DNA of 64,000 nt. Origin: Paragordius varius. Lineage: Eukaryota; Animalia; Nematomorpha. Shown here piece after piece: positions 25,721 through 38,904 of this stretch (the stretch's first letter is position 1; each line of letters starts with the position of its first letter). A model generated the notes under the pieces. The model had not been told where the DNA came from and ran no database searches. It saw nothing but the letters and a program-made list of their open reading frames with translations. Both the position numbers and the translations under genes were made by a program. The stretch is taken from assembly GCA_964247055.1 (NCBI GenBank), contig OZ176055.1, forward strand, positions 8,308,001 through 8,372,000, written 5' to 3'.

Positions 25721-27893
25721 AAACACAAGCTGAGAAGCAATTGTGTTCTCATGTCAAAATTATAGATTTAACATTTGTAATCATTTAATTGATTAATATA
25801 GAATATAGGTTGGTTTGGGATATATTACCTTCAATATTACAATTTGGGACAGGAAGGTTATTATTTTCAAATAAGATAAAACTTGTTATCGTTTTTTGCT
25901 AAAAAACATTTTCAGGGATTTTTTAACCAAATATGACTTTTCATATTTGCCACGAAATAGCCAGTCCCATTGAATGGTAAACGAAATTAAATAAGTTGTA
26001 GTATTTTAAAGACCCTATTAAATATTTATTGTGCCGTGGTTATATATTTTTGAATGGAGCTCGCCAGAATTTTTAAATTAAAGATGCGACAACGGAAGCC
26101 ATTTGCGTGGGTTTCCTGATTTAGTCATACAAAAATCCTAGAAAGCTCGTGTAATAGCAGCAGCATCCCTATGTTCCAATAATTTAAAATTGTGCATATG
26201 TTTTATGTTAAGATTGCCTCACATTTTTTTCTACTGGTCAACTTTTTCTTTACCAACAAAAGCAATATAAAAATTTTAATTATTGTGTTTAAATAATAAA
26301 TCAATTAGTTTTTTGTGGTGCTGATGGTACAACAAAAACACTCTAAAATTAAAAGAAATATATTTTAGCATATAAATAGCACTGCTGAGGCCAAAAAAAT
26401 TAATTTAGTTATAATAATAAGATAAAAAACATGATAATATGAGAAAGGATATTTTTTTAAAAAACTGGTAATGAACGGAACGTTGTGTGAAGCGCTAAAA
26501 AAATTATTTAAATGCAAAATATATAATACATTTATTTCAAAACAATTTTTGTATAGTATTTAAAAAATTGATTTTAAAATATATTGATAAAAAGTTTTTT
26601 TTGCACATTATACATCCCATCATATCTCACTCAATTTTATATAATATTAATTTATAACTAATAATTAGTTTTAGTGACACTTGAAAATTCCATTATTTCC
26701 CTAACAAGACAAAACTAATTTTATTATCATATCCAGTTTTTCAAAACTAAAAGAAGAAATTTGTTATTACAAAAACTTCTACTATGAATGCGCGACGACG
26801 GAATATTTTTATTAGATAATTTTGTTAAAATAGTAAGTCGTCCTTATACATTTTTGCTATTTTAAAGATACTGATACTAGTTCCTTATTCTGTCTATAGG
26901 GAATTCAGAGGCCTAGCCTAATCTAAAAATTATTTTATACTTTACATATATTCCTGAACAGACAAAAGTGGTGATGAAATATATATCCTATCCAATATCA
27001 TTCATCATTACTCCTTAAAAAAGAGCTTTAAGAATGATATTTGTTAAAGAAATATCATTATCATGACATCATTCCTCTGTGCCTGCCTGCATACAAATTG
27101 GTTAGTGTTCTATCAATGTTTTTGCGCAATAAAAATTTAATAATATATTAAAATAGTTATACCAGCCTGTATTTTATACATTATTCCATCAAAATTTTAA
27201 TTAGAATAATCCTATCTGTATTCTTTGACAACATACTTTTTCGAAATCATTTTGACACCCTCTTTTCCTGTATACCGTGTGATTATTAATTATTTTATTT
27301 GTATTTGTATCAATACTTCACAAAAGGTAAGAAAAAAAATTTGGACTTTAAAATATTTCTTTCATAAACTTTTTCCTTCTTATAAAATTTCATTAGCAAA
27401 AGGTCATCAATTGTTAGAAACGCCATTGGAGATTAAGATCAATAAACACTTAATCCAACCTTTTTATCGTGAGATACTCTAGCTACAATTTAAATTAACA
27501 TATTATCTCTTTCTTTCTAGAAATGCTTGTTAATTACACATATATTCCTCTGCATAACGACTTCTGATATTTTATTACAACTTCAAGATGATTATTTTAC
27601 TCGTATAACAATTATTTTGGATATAAAAAGGTTGACGTTAGATATATCCATGAAACTGAGATAAATTAATAACAAAAACTATGAAAATTATTTGAAACCC
27701 TTTTGTTTTGGGGGGAAACGCAAATATTGATAAGAATGAAGCTTTTTTTCACAATGTATGAATTGTAAACAGTATATTAGAAAACCACCAAATTTAAGGC
27801 GTATAACTTCCATCATTCCTCTATATGTTAAATGATTTTTTTCATTCCATATTCCTATTCCTGAAACATACGAGGTGGTGTTGGATCAAAAAT

Positions 27894-30800
27894 ATGACAA
27901 CCTCAAATTGCCAAACATCTGAGGATGAAGCAATGTTAGAAAATCATAATAGAAATATTTTATCATCCCTCCCAATCCCTCACATAACAGTTGAAACCTT
28001 AAGTCCCGAAAATGGCGGTCCAGGAAACCATTCATTAACGGTTAAACCCTATAATTATTTTTCGTCGACAGCGGAAAGTGGTAAATACTATTATCAAAAA
28101 TGTAATAATGGACCTTACCATAGACCATCCCAATTGGCTACTGTTTTGCACCTTAAAAATGAAAATAAGTTACGGAAATATCGAATCCTTATTTACAACT
28201 TTTTGGAACGGCCGAGGGGCTGGAAACAATTGTCATACCACATATTATTGTAAGTTTAAATCATCTTAAACTAAGTAGTTGGGGTATTAAATATTTTTAA
28301 TGAAATGCAAATTTGAAAGCTTACAATTGTGATCTGGTATGTTTAAATTTAATAAGTCGGTGTTTCCTAATACCATAAAACAAACATCTTTAAAAAAATT
28401 AAATCTCGACCTCTGTGCCATTTATATTGCTTACTTTTTTAATAAAGCAATTTATGTTTTCAGATAAATGGCTTAAAATTTTTTGGTATGCACTATATCG
28501 ATTTTTAATATATTAAGACTACTATAGTATACATTTTGGACCAAATATGTGAATTCTAATGCAAATTTATATTTGAGAGTCAACTTAAAAAAGCTCTTAA
28601 TTTAGCTATGTAAACTTTTTTAATTAAACGTATACCGTATATTAAATCTTCTTACAAAACTTAAAATTCTTATGTAAATATCAAAATTTTTGCGTATAAA
28701 ACTTTTATTTTTCTGAAATCTATCGGCAATATAAATCAGCCCTTTTAATAGCAATCGAATGGTTTTGAATGATAGAGAATTGAATAAAAACTCAAAGATA
28801 TTTGCAACTGATAAACTGTTTAAATTTAACGGTCAGCCTTGGATAATCAATCCGGACAAGGACAACTAAGTTTTTAGAAAACTAATACATTAAAATCTAA
28901 AACAAGTTATTTTTAAGTGTGTTCACAAATAAAAAGTAAACCGGAGATATTGTAAATATATTTTGCAAAAATATGAAGGCAAATATCGTTTTTTCAAAAG
29001 ACCGCACCTTATAACTATTGTTTTGGAATAAAACTCATTGTTTCAAAGTACAAAGTATAAAATAGTATGTATATCGATAATAAAATTAATTATGTATTTT
29101 ATGAATTTAATTAATTTATTTAATAGGAAAAATAAGTTTAAAAAAGTATATTTTCTGTTAAAAATGAATCACAGTGTTACGGAGGGACCTGGTGTTTATA
29201 CGATAAAATGCAGCGATAAGGTTTACACAGGACAAAATGGCAGAAAAATAATTACAAAAATTAACGAACATAAAATAAAGCCTGTTTAAGAGATTCCAAT
29301 AAAAAAGCCGATAGCGGAACATGCTTTATATTATGGTCATGAGATTGATCTTATTAATGTGACCTGTATCAATATTAATAATTATAAAAAAATCGAGGAA
29401 TTAGGCAAGCCGTAAAGCTTTTTAAATAAAACCGTAATGATGGAAATAATATAAATCCATCGTGGAAAATTTTATTGTAATTAGTACAATCATATTTTAA
29501 CTATTAATTAGAATACTATCTTAACAAACCAATGGTTATGAAAAGTGTTGAGATATTTTTATAGTTGTATATCAAGTTATTTGTACACACTCATATAATC
29601 AGTTTGAAAATGAATTTTCTTATGAGAATTTACAACTAGTCACACATATTGTGATATTTTTAATTGGCTATAATTTCATTAAAGTATGTTCTATTTTGAA
29701 AAAAATATCGTCGTTATATCTTTCGTTTTGTCTATATAATTTTAATTTTTACTGTGTATTGTCTTTACTTAACTAATATGCCGTTAACTTTTATATTTTG
29801 GTACCTAATTTAACCTTCAGATACTAACACATCTACTATTCATATAAACTATATTGTTATATTATCGAGTAATATATCATAATTACTCACATTATCTGTA
29901 AATTTATATTGTATTTACATCATCTAAATGCAACTATTATGTGATATTATTTAAGTATTGGTTATATTGTGGTAAGCTATAAAATATTTATGATTTTTTT
30001 ATAACTTTTCATACATATATCCAATCATACTATTATACTAAATATTATATATAGATTTTTAGCCGTATTTTTGTGTTTGGTACTGAGCGTTTTCGCGACT
30101 GTCCCACAATATGAATTCAAAATCAGTGCTGCTCTATTCTACATGGTAATTTAATTAAGTGTAATAGTACTGTTAATTAAATTAAATTAATATTTTTCTA
30201 ACTAATACATAGTACGTGGTCAACTGTTGGTTGTAGTGTTTCACTTTCAGTTTAGAGCAGAGACCTTTTAAATTGGTCCCACGTGTCATTTACGAAAAAA
30301 AACTGAAATAGAGTTTCATCAAATTTTGATTAAAAGGTGTTTTAGTAAGGATAGTCTTGTTTCAATAATTTGCTTCAAATAATTATGGTGGCATACCGTA
30401 AAAAATTTAAAATCAAGCTAAAGGCCACTTTTTAATTATCGTAAGTATTTTAGATTAGAATTAGCGTTGTTTATGGTTAAAAGCTCAAAATAGGGTTTAA
30501 TTCGACAATGACCCGTTTAACCGCTTTGTGAGAGGAGCTTTTGATGATCTTAGCCAATAAAACATTAATAAAAATTTATACTGTATATAAGAATATCTAA
30601 ATTAGGTAAATAGTTACTATTAAAACCATGCAATTTTGATCCTTTTTGCATGTAATAACAAATATTTACTGATTATTATTTTTGAAATGTAGCTTAGTAT
30701 TATAAGCATTTATAACCCGGGAAAACCAAACCTTAACTTTAATCTTAACGTTTTTTATTTTACCGAGTATGTCTCTAACTATTTCAGGAACTTTTAATGG

Positions 30801-33800
30801 TAACTTGGTTCATTATGGAATACGTAACACGCATCTGGTCCTCTGGGTGCCGATCTAGGTTTATGGGGGCATGGGGACGCATACGTTTCATGACAAAACC
30901 ATTTACTCTTCTGGGTAAAAATGTTGGCTAAAATTTGCCAAAAAAATGAATATTGTTTAATGATAACATATATAGATTTGACTGTGATACTTGCATCTGT
31001 GGTAGTTTTGTTTCTTGGAAGCAGTGGACAAATATTTGCAGCCTCGGCCTTGAGAGGGCTTCGATTCTTTCAAATTCTTCGCATGGTTAGGATGGATCGA
31101 CGTGGTGGGACATGGAAACTCTTGGGTTCTGTTGTATGGGCCCATAGACAAGTAATGTTTATTATTATGAATATATTTATAAGGCTACTTATGTATTGAA
31201 AATCGAAATGGCGGTTTCAAAGGAAATTTTTCGAACTGGGTCTTGTCTTTTGGTCGAACGGTGGATTACAGTTTTATATTTTTAATCTGATATATTATAG
31301 AAAATATAAATTTATTATATTAATTTTAGATATGATATTAATAAAACACTAACTTTATTAGCGTTAGTCTCAAAAAATCAAGATATTTCCATAAATGTTG
31401 TAAAATATGGCGTCCAAATAGGTTGATAAGAATTTTTTTAAAAACTAAAATTAGTATGATTTTTATTAGATAGGAGCATAATTTAATCTGGAACCGTCCC
31501 TTTTAGTATTATTTTAATAATATTAATTTAAAGATGGTCTAGGGTCTCTAGTTACCCCAATTTTAATCGAAATGTTAAGAGATGAATTCTTAGACAAAAA
31601 AAATTAATAAACAAATATTTAAATTTAGACAATAAAATAAAAAAAGGTCTTGGGTTGCGATATGGAGATTGGGGTGTATTGGTAACATAAATTTATAATT
31701 AATCATATAGTTAATATAAGAAAGACGAATAAAGTATGGTTGTCTTTTCTAAAAATGTTTGTCCTTTAGTTTAAGGCTTATCTGTATAATTTTATTTTTT
31801 ACAGTATATTTAAGTATAAATAATAAATGATTTCTGTCAATATTGTTAGTACACCTCAATTTAAGATGGGATATATTTTATTTTGGTCATATCTCATTTA
31901 TAAGAAAAATTAAAAAATACTTGAATAACACTGTGTGCAAAAATATTTTTAACAAAAATTTTTTTCATAAGTTATAGCTTATAACCGAATTCATTTGCCC
32001 CAAAAAATTTTTATTTGTTGAAGACCTAGTTTTTGAATATTGAGAAAATATCGAAATTGGGTAAAAAGTGAAAATTAAATAATGATAAAACTTGAGATAT
32101 TTAGATTTATTAACATATTAATAGATATTTACAATTTATAAATAGCCTAATATAGTTGGGGTTTTCACCTGAAATTCAGATAAAAAAATCGTGTTTTTCC
32201 TTAAAAAACTTAATATACAAATTTTTTTTAAACTATGTTAAAATAATTTTTATTTTTTTAGCTCGCTATTAAAGTCTTAACATCCATATTTTGTGCAGTA
32301 AAAACATTTTTTTCATTTTTTTTTCATTTTTTGTCATCTGGTTTATGAGAAATTTACTGTTTTATGGAATCTTAGATGAGCGGGAATTACCAAGTATATA
32401 AAACTGAATCAAAATATGATTTACAAGTAGTGGAATATCAACCAAAAATCCGTGCATATCCCATTATTAAGTTTCATTTAAATCAATTAATATTTTTACT
32501 GGGATTTGTACGGATTTTCGGTTGATCTTTTACTACTTGCAAATTCTATTTCGTATTAATTTATATACTTAGTAATTCCCGCTCATGTAAGATTCCTTTA
32601 AACAGTAATATCTTATACATTCATAAACTAGATGCCAAAAAAATGAAAAATAAAAAACCAAATTTTATTTATTTTATTTTATAAGATATTTCTGCAAAAA
32701 TATGGATGTTAAGATTTTAATAGTGAGTTTAGCTAGTAAATAATTAAAAAAATTATTTTAATATAGTTTTATCAAAAAATTTGTGTATTAAGTTTGTTAA
32801 AGGAAAAACACGATTTTTTGATCTGAGCAATAAAACCCCAACTATATGATTTTAGGATATTCAGAAATCGTAGATATTTGATATAAGCATAATAAATCTA
32901 ACATCTCAAGTTTTATCATTATTTTTTAATTATACTTAATTTTTACTTTTTGCCCAATTTCGATTATAAATTCGAAAACTAGGTCTTCATCAAATAATAA
33001 TTATTGCGGCAAGGGAATTTGTCGGTTATAAGCTATCTGTAAAAAATTGATTCTCTTTTTTGCACACAGTGTAAGATGAACTCTCTGATTTTCAAGTATG
33101 GTACTTATGTTGATAAATTTTCTTGACTGAATCCTCAAAATGAATATCGAAAAATACTAATTCACTTCTCATAATGTATGAGTTTTTATAGGATATAAAC
33201 TATTATCCCGGGGTTTTTAAATATTATTTTTTACATTTTAGGAACTTATTACGACAATATATATCGGATTCCTTGGTCTAATCTTTTCTTCCTTCCTCAT
33301 ATACCTTGTGGAAAAAACTCCGAATCCCGAAAAATTTGGAACTTTTGCGGATGCTCTTTGGTGGGGCGTGGTAAATAATTTTTAATAATTAAAGTTAAAA
33401 AGGAATATTTGTTCGTTATTATAAATCTTTTAGCATAATGCTACTCAAAAATGTGTATTAAATTGAAAATAAATTTGATTTTCTTATAATCGCAAAAATA
33501 TTTTTTCCATAGATAACACTTTGTACTGTGGGATATGGGGACGTCGTCCCCATCACATGGACTGGAAAATTGATTGCTTCTGGGTGTGCGCTTTTAGGAA
33601 TAACCTTTTTCGCTTTACCTGCTGTAAGTTTCATTACACTATAAATCAGGATATCCACGTGGCCAATAAGGAACGATAAATAAAAAATCAAGAATTTTAA
33701 TGAAAATTTATAATTATAATTTTTTTTATTTTACATTGGGCTTTAAACTGGATAATAAAATATTAATATTATCGCGAAGCCATTTGTGTTAGACACCCTT

Positions 33801-36800
33801 TCATTTATAAAACTGTCCGGCAGAAATGGGGATCAAAAAATGATATATTAATGAATCATGTATGATTTGATAGCAAAAGCTTTAGGATAATGAATATCAA
33901 AAATATCGGTTGACAATGAAAAGCACGTTAAATCTAATATAGTAAATAGTGGTTTAAGATTGATATGTTTTACTATGCATTGCATGTTTAATATCCAAGT
34001 CTCTATTTAGTAAAATTTATGTATAAGTTATTTCCTGCTTTCAGCCAAATTCAAATCGCATTTCGCACAGATCGAATAAAATTAAATACAACGAGAGCGT
34101 CAACGAAATTTCTTGATATATTCTATATAAAAATTCTGAAATGCAAAATATTAGCGACAGGGTCCTTGAAGGTCTTACATGTATTAATGCTAAAAAATTT
34201 CACTTTGGCGTCAATTTCTAATCAAATTAACTTGTTATTTTCCGGTAAAACAAATTGTTAACCATTATATATTTTTACTATATATTTAGAGTTTACCCAA
34301 TATATCGCGTCCAGAAAATGAAATGCTTATGTATAAAATAATTTTTTATAATCTGCATTAAAGCGATGGCGTATAATTTTATAAACAACTCCTTTTAATA
34401 ATAAATATACCTTCCCCTGGAATTTCGATGGAGAAAATATTTTACGGGGGGAGCGGGTAAAAAGTGGGACTAAATTAAAAAAGCGAGACGACTATGTTCG
34501 GCGCAATCGAAAATAAGTAAACAAAAATCATATTTGAAATTGAATGATTTAACACGTTCTCCAGAAAATTGTCTCAAAGACACGATTTTTGTGGACTTCT
34601 GTTTTCAAAAAAAACGCGTTTTTCACACGGGGAGGGCCGGAACTGGGGGCCTATTTCAAAAAAGGGCGAAGCTATTGTCGGGGCATTCATTGATGATTGA
34701 ATTTTTTTGATATTTGGATTTGATTGGGTCTACCGGTTTTCCTGTACCAGATCACAAAGCCAGCATTTTCCATTTTTATAAATATATCGATTACCATAAA
34801 TAATGTTTTATTATCCATATATTTTTTAACATCCTATGCATATGATAGATACTCCTTACTCAGTAGCTATCAACGCTCTAAAATTTTTGCCTTTTAACAG
34901 GGAATACGTGGTATTGAATTTTTACAGTTTCATACCTTGAGAAAAAAAATACAATCAAAAAATTATTTTTGTGGACTGTTTTTTTTGAAAAAAATGGCAT
35001 TTTACGGGGGTAGCGGGTAAAAAGAGGGCCTAAATCAAAAAAGTGAGACGACTATGTTCGGCGCGATCAAAAATAAGTAAACAAAAATCATATTTGAAAT
35101 TAAATGGTCCAACACGTTCTCCGGAAAATTGTCTCAACCCGTTTTTCACACGGGGTGGGCCCGAACTGGGGGCCTATTACAAAAAAAGGGCGAAGCTATT
35201 GTCGGGGCATTCATTGATGATTATATTTTTTCGATGTTTGGATTTGATTGGGTTCACCGCAGATTACAAAGTTACATGAAAAATCAGTTTTTAGCGGGTA
35301 GCTCCTTACCCAGCAGCTCTCATCATAGAAACGCTTGACTAAAATTTCTGCCTTTTAACAGGGAATACGTGGAATCTTTATTGAATTTTTACGGTCTCAT
35401 GGGCGAAAAATAGATTTAAAAAATTATTTTTGTGGACTTTGTTTTTTGAAAAAAATGGCATTTACGGGGGGAGCGGGTAAAAAGAGGGCCTAAATTAAAA
35501 AAGCGAGACGACTATGATCAGCGCAATCGAAAATAAGTTAACAAAAATCATATTTGAAATTGAATGGTCCAAAACGTTCTCCAGAAAATGGTCTCAAAGA
35601 CACGATTTTTGTGGACTTCTGTTTTAAAAAAAAACCGTTTTTCATACGGGGTGGGCCCGAACTGGGGGCCTATTTCAAAAAAAGGGGAAGGTTTTGTCAG
35701 GACATTTATTAATGATTATATTTTTTCGATATTTTTATTTGATTGGGTCTACCGGTTTTCCTGTACCAGATCACAAAGCCAGCATTTTCCATTTTTATAA
35801 ATATATATTTATTATTATGGATGTTTTGTAACATACGCTACTTTTAATACAAATTGAAAAATATTTCTTTTTTATATAAGCCCTAATTCAACTTTTGAAC
35901 CCAATATATTGGGTATACTCCAAGTACATAGTAAATGTATAATATTTAAAATAAAATTTAAAACATTTTACCGCATAACAAGTTTCCTGAATTTGACGCC
36001 AAAAGGCAATTTTTTAACACTGATACCTGTAAGTCAGGATCATCTGAGAATTAACTTTATCGATAATATTTTGCGTTAAAAATATCTTTATGGTATTTAT
36101 TATTAAATAAAGTTGGCGCGTCTTTCTCCTTTGTATTTAATTTTATTCGACCTAATGTGCGATAAGAATGCGATTTTCTTATACCATACTGGTTACATTT
36201 ACTGACCAGTTATAGAGCTAGAGTAGAGCTTTAACTTAATTAGTTTTATTCTTAAAAGTTTGCGTATAATCCAAATGTAAAATACTTTTCTATATTCCTC
36301 CAATGTTTGATCATATATAAAACATCTATCTTTATACTCATATATTCAGGGTATATTAGGGTCTGGGTTTGCATTAAAGGTACAACAGCAACAAAGGCAA
36401 AAACACCTCAATAGACGACGTATACCGGCAGCGACACTCATCCAAAGCCTTTGGAGATGTTATAATGCTGAGGAACGATATAAATCCACCACGCCCTGGA
36501 GAATTTCAATTAATCAGGATTCTTCTCCACACACCGAATGCCTGGCTCCACCTACTTCCATGTAACTCTGCCTCCGTACAATAACTATAATTATTTGATT
36601 GTGATAATATTTATTTTATATTATAGATAATAGCTCAGTTTAAAAACAAAGACTACTTGGGTCGAAACCCTTGGTTAATGAAAGTTGAGAAAAATTGCTT
36701 TCGATTTCAGCTTTTTAAAATCCCGCCCCGTTCTATAAAAAAACATATTTAAATTACCCTGATTTTGGCTTCATTTTGAAAGCGACTACAGTTTTTGGAT

Positions 36801-38792
36801 TTTGAGGTCTTTCCTTCATTCTTAAATGTACGCTCAACCTCTACCGTATTTTCTTATAAATCATTTAGATTAATTGCGATTACCAAATACAGAACATAAA
36901 CTGTAACTCTGACCATAATTTTTGAGATAGGTCAGTTGGCTGATTTGGCTTTATACAATTTAGTTTTTGAGATTATCATAATTCCAAAAATATTAATCTA
37001 GCTATCTTTTCCTCATTAGAGCTAAATGGTTCCATTTCTTCCTATTAAAGACCCTAAGATAAAAAACCAGCGCAAAAATTAGAAAGAATCTGTGTAGCAC
37101 GCTAATGTGATTCATATGTACTGTTTATAGTCAAATATGCCCAACGCCCTTTCTTTTTTGCAAATGTTTTTAATCAAAATTTAATAAATAAAAAACTTGG
37201 TTTAATATTTATTTATTTTTTGTGCATTTTAATACATGACTTTAGCCGGTTAATGGATATACTTACATTATATCACTATTAGTTCTGGCCGTTTGTGAAG
37301 GTGTAATTATGAAGGAATTATTAACCGATGCCACCAAATTATTAAATATTTGTGCAAAATTTAACTTAAGAAAAATATAATATAATAACTCTTTTTAATT
37401 AATTAGTATAAAAATCATCAATAAAGCAATTTAATGGTTGTTCTGCGTTTTTTATTTAAATTGCATTTTGTTATCCACTGGTTATCCGTAAACTGCAGTC
37501 ATAAGCCGTCACACCGGTCAAATATCAAGCCCATACTATTTAGTCATAATAAAGTTGAATTATATGGACAAAATATAATATTATACAGATAATTATTTTT
37601 TTTAGAAGACCGATGTACTTTTTAAACTAAATTTTTTTAAATATTAATTCATTGTTTAAATTGAATGGAAATAGAAATGTATATTCTAACACAATCTTGA
37701 AAATTTGTTAAATATAAACACTGTGACCACAAAAAAAATAACTGTTGAAATATATATTCTGATAGAAAATGGTAGCGTGATGCCTTTGGTTTTGACCGAG
37801 TGATATAACAAAGTTATATTTACTTTTGTGGTAAGTGAAGTGCTCCATATCAGAAAATGGCAAAATTTCAACACATTTTCTGTAAAAAAAATTTTGGTAA
37901 AAGCTAAATTCCAAAACTAAAATATAAACTCCCTATAAAAATCAAATCAATTTTTTTTAAATATATGTTTAGATGTGGGCTCCAAAAGCTCCAAATTTTT
38001 CCGCCCTTAAAAAATGGGGCAATTGTTTTAAAATAAATGCAGCCCAGGATTGCGCCATTTTTAAATATATGCCAAATTTAACATAAAAAAAAATATTTTT
38101 ATAAAACGGTATAAAAACGCTTTTAGTTACTACAAAAACACTTTTTCTATATTATTTGATGATGCTGAACATTTCTATCACCTCAGAATTTATTCGTCCG
38201 GCTTCAAGTTTATGTCAAATATAAATTGTGTTTTTTATAAAAAAAATACCCAAATTTCAAAGTAAACGAACCTTTAAAATAATTCTGTAGCGATAGAAAT
38301 GTTTAGCATCATCTAATTATATTGAAAAAGTGTTTAATCTAAAAGCGTTTTTATATAGTTTCCATCATAGCTAAAAATAGTATGAAGTACGTTTCAACAA
38401 TATTTTGTTAAAAATAATTTTTTGTAAAAAGTATGCATTTTTTAAAAAATTTCAAAATTTACCATATATTTAAAAATTTTATCGGGCAATTCCGGCATTT
38501 TTGAGAACTAACCCATTTTAGAAGGCGAAAGATTTAGGGACTTCCGGAGCCCACATCTTAAAATTAAAATAAAATATTGTTTTGCTTTTTATAGGGAGTG
38601 TATGATATATTTTAGTGATTTTTCGGAATGAAGCATTTAGCTTTCACTAAAAAAATTTTATTACAAAAAAGGTGCTCAAATTTCGCCATTTTCTAATAAG
38701 TAGCACTTACCACAAATGTGTAAATAACTTTCTTATATCACTCTTAAGGGCCTAAACCAAAAGCACCATGATAATCTTGATGCCTTTTCTCA

Positions 38793-38826
<34 letters not shown>

Positions 38827-38871
38827 CATCAGATTATAATTTTTAGCCCCCGATTTCGGATGCAATTATAT

Positions 38872-38904
<33 letters not shown>

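Noticed and set aside
27825-27893. Upstream in-frame ATG (27825) as the KCNQ start
   Set aside because: The extra 23 codons (MLNDFFHSIFLFLKHTRWCWIKN) have intron/UTR-like composition. ATG 27894 in an AAAAATATG context is preferred, but this cannot be settled without cDNA.
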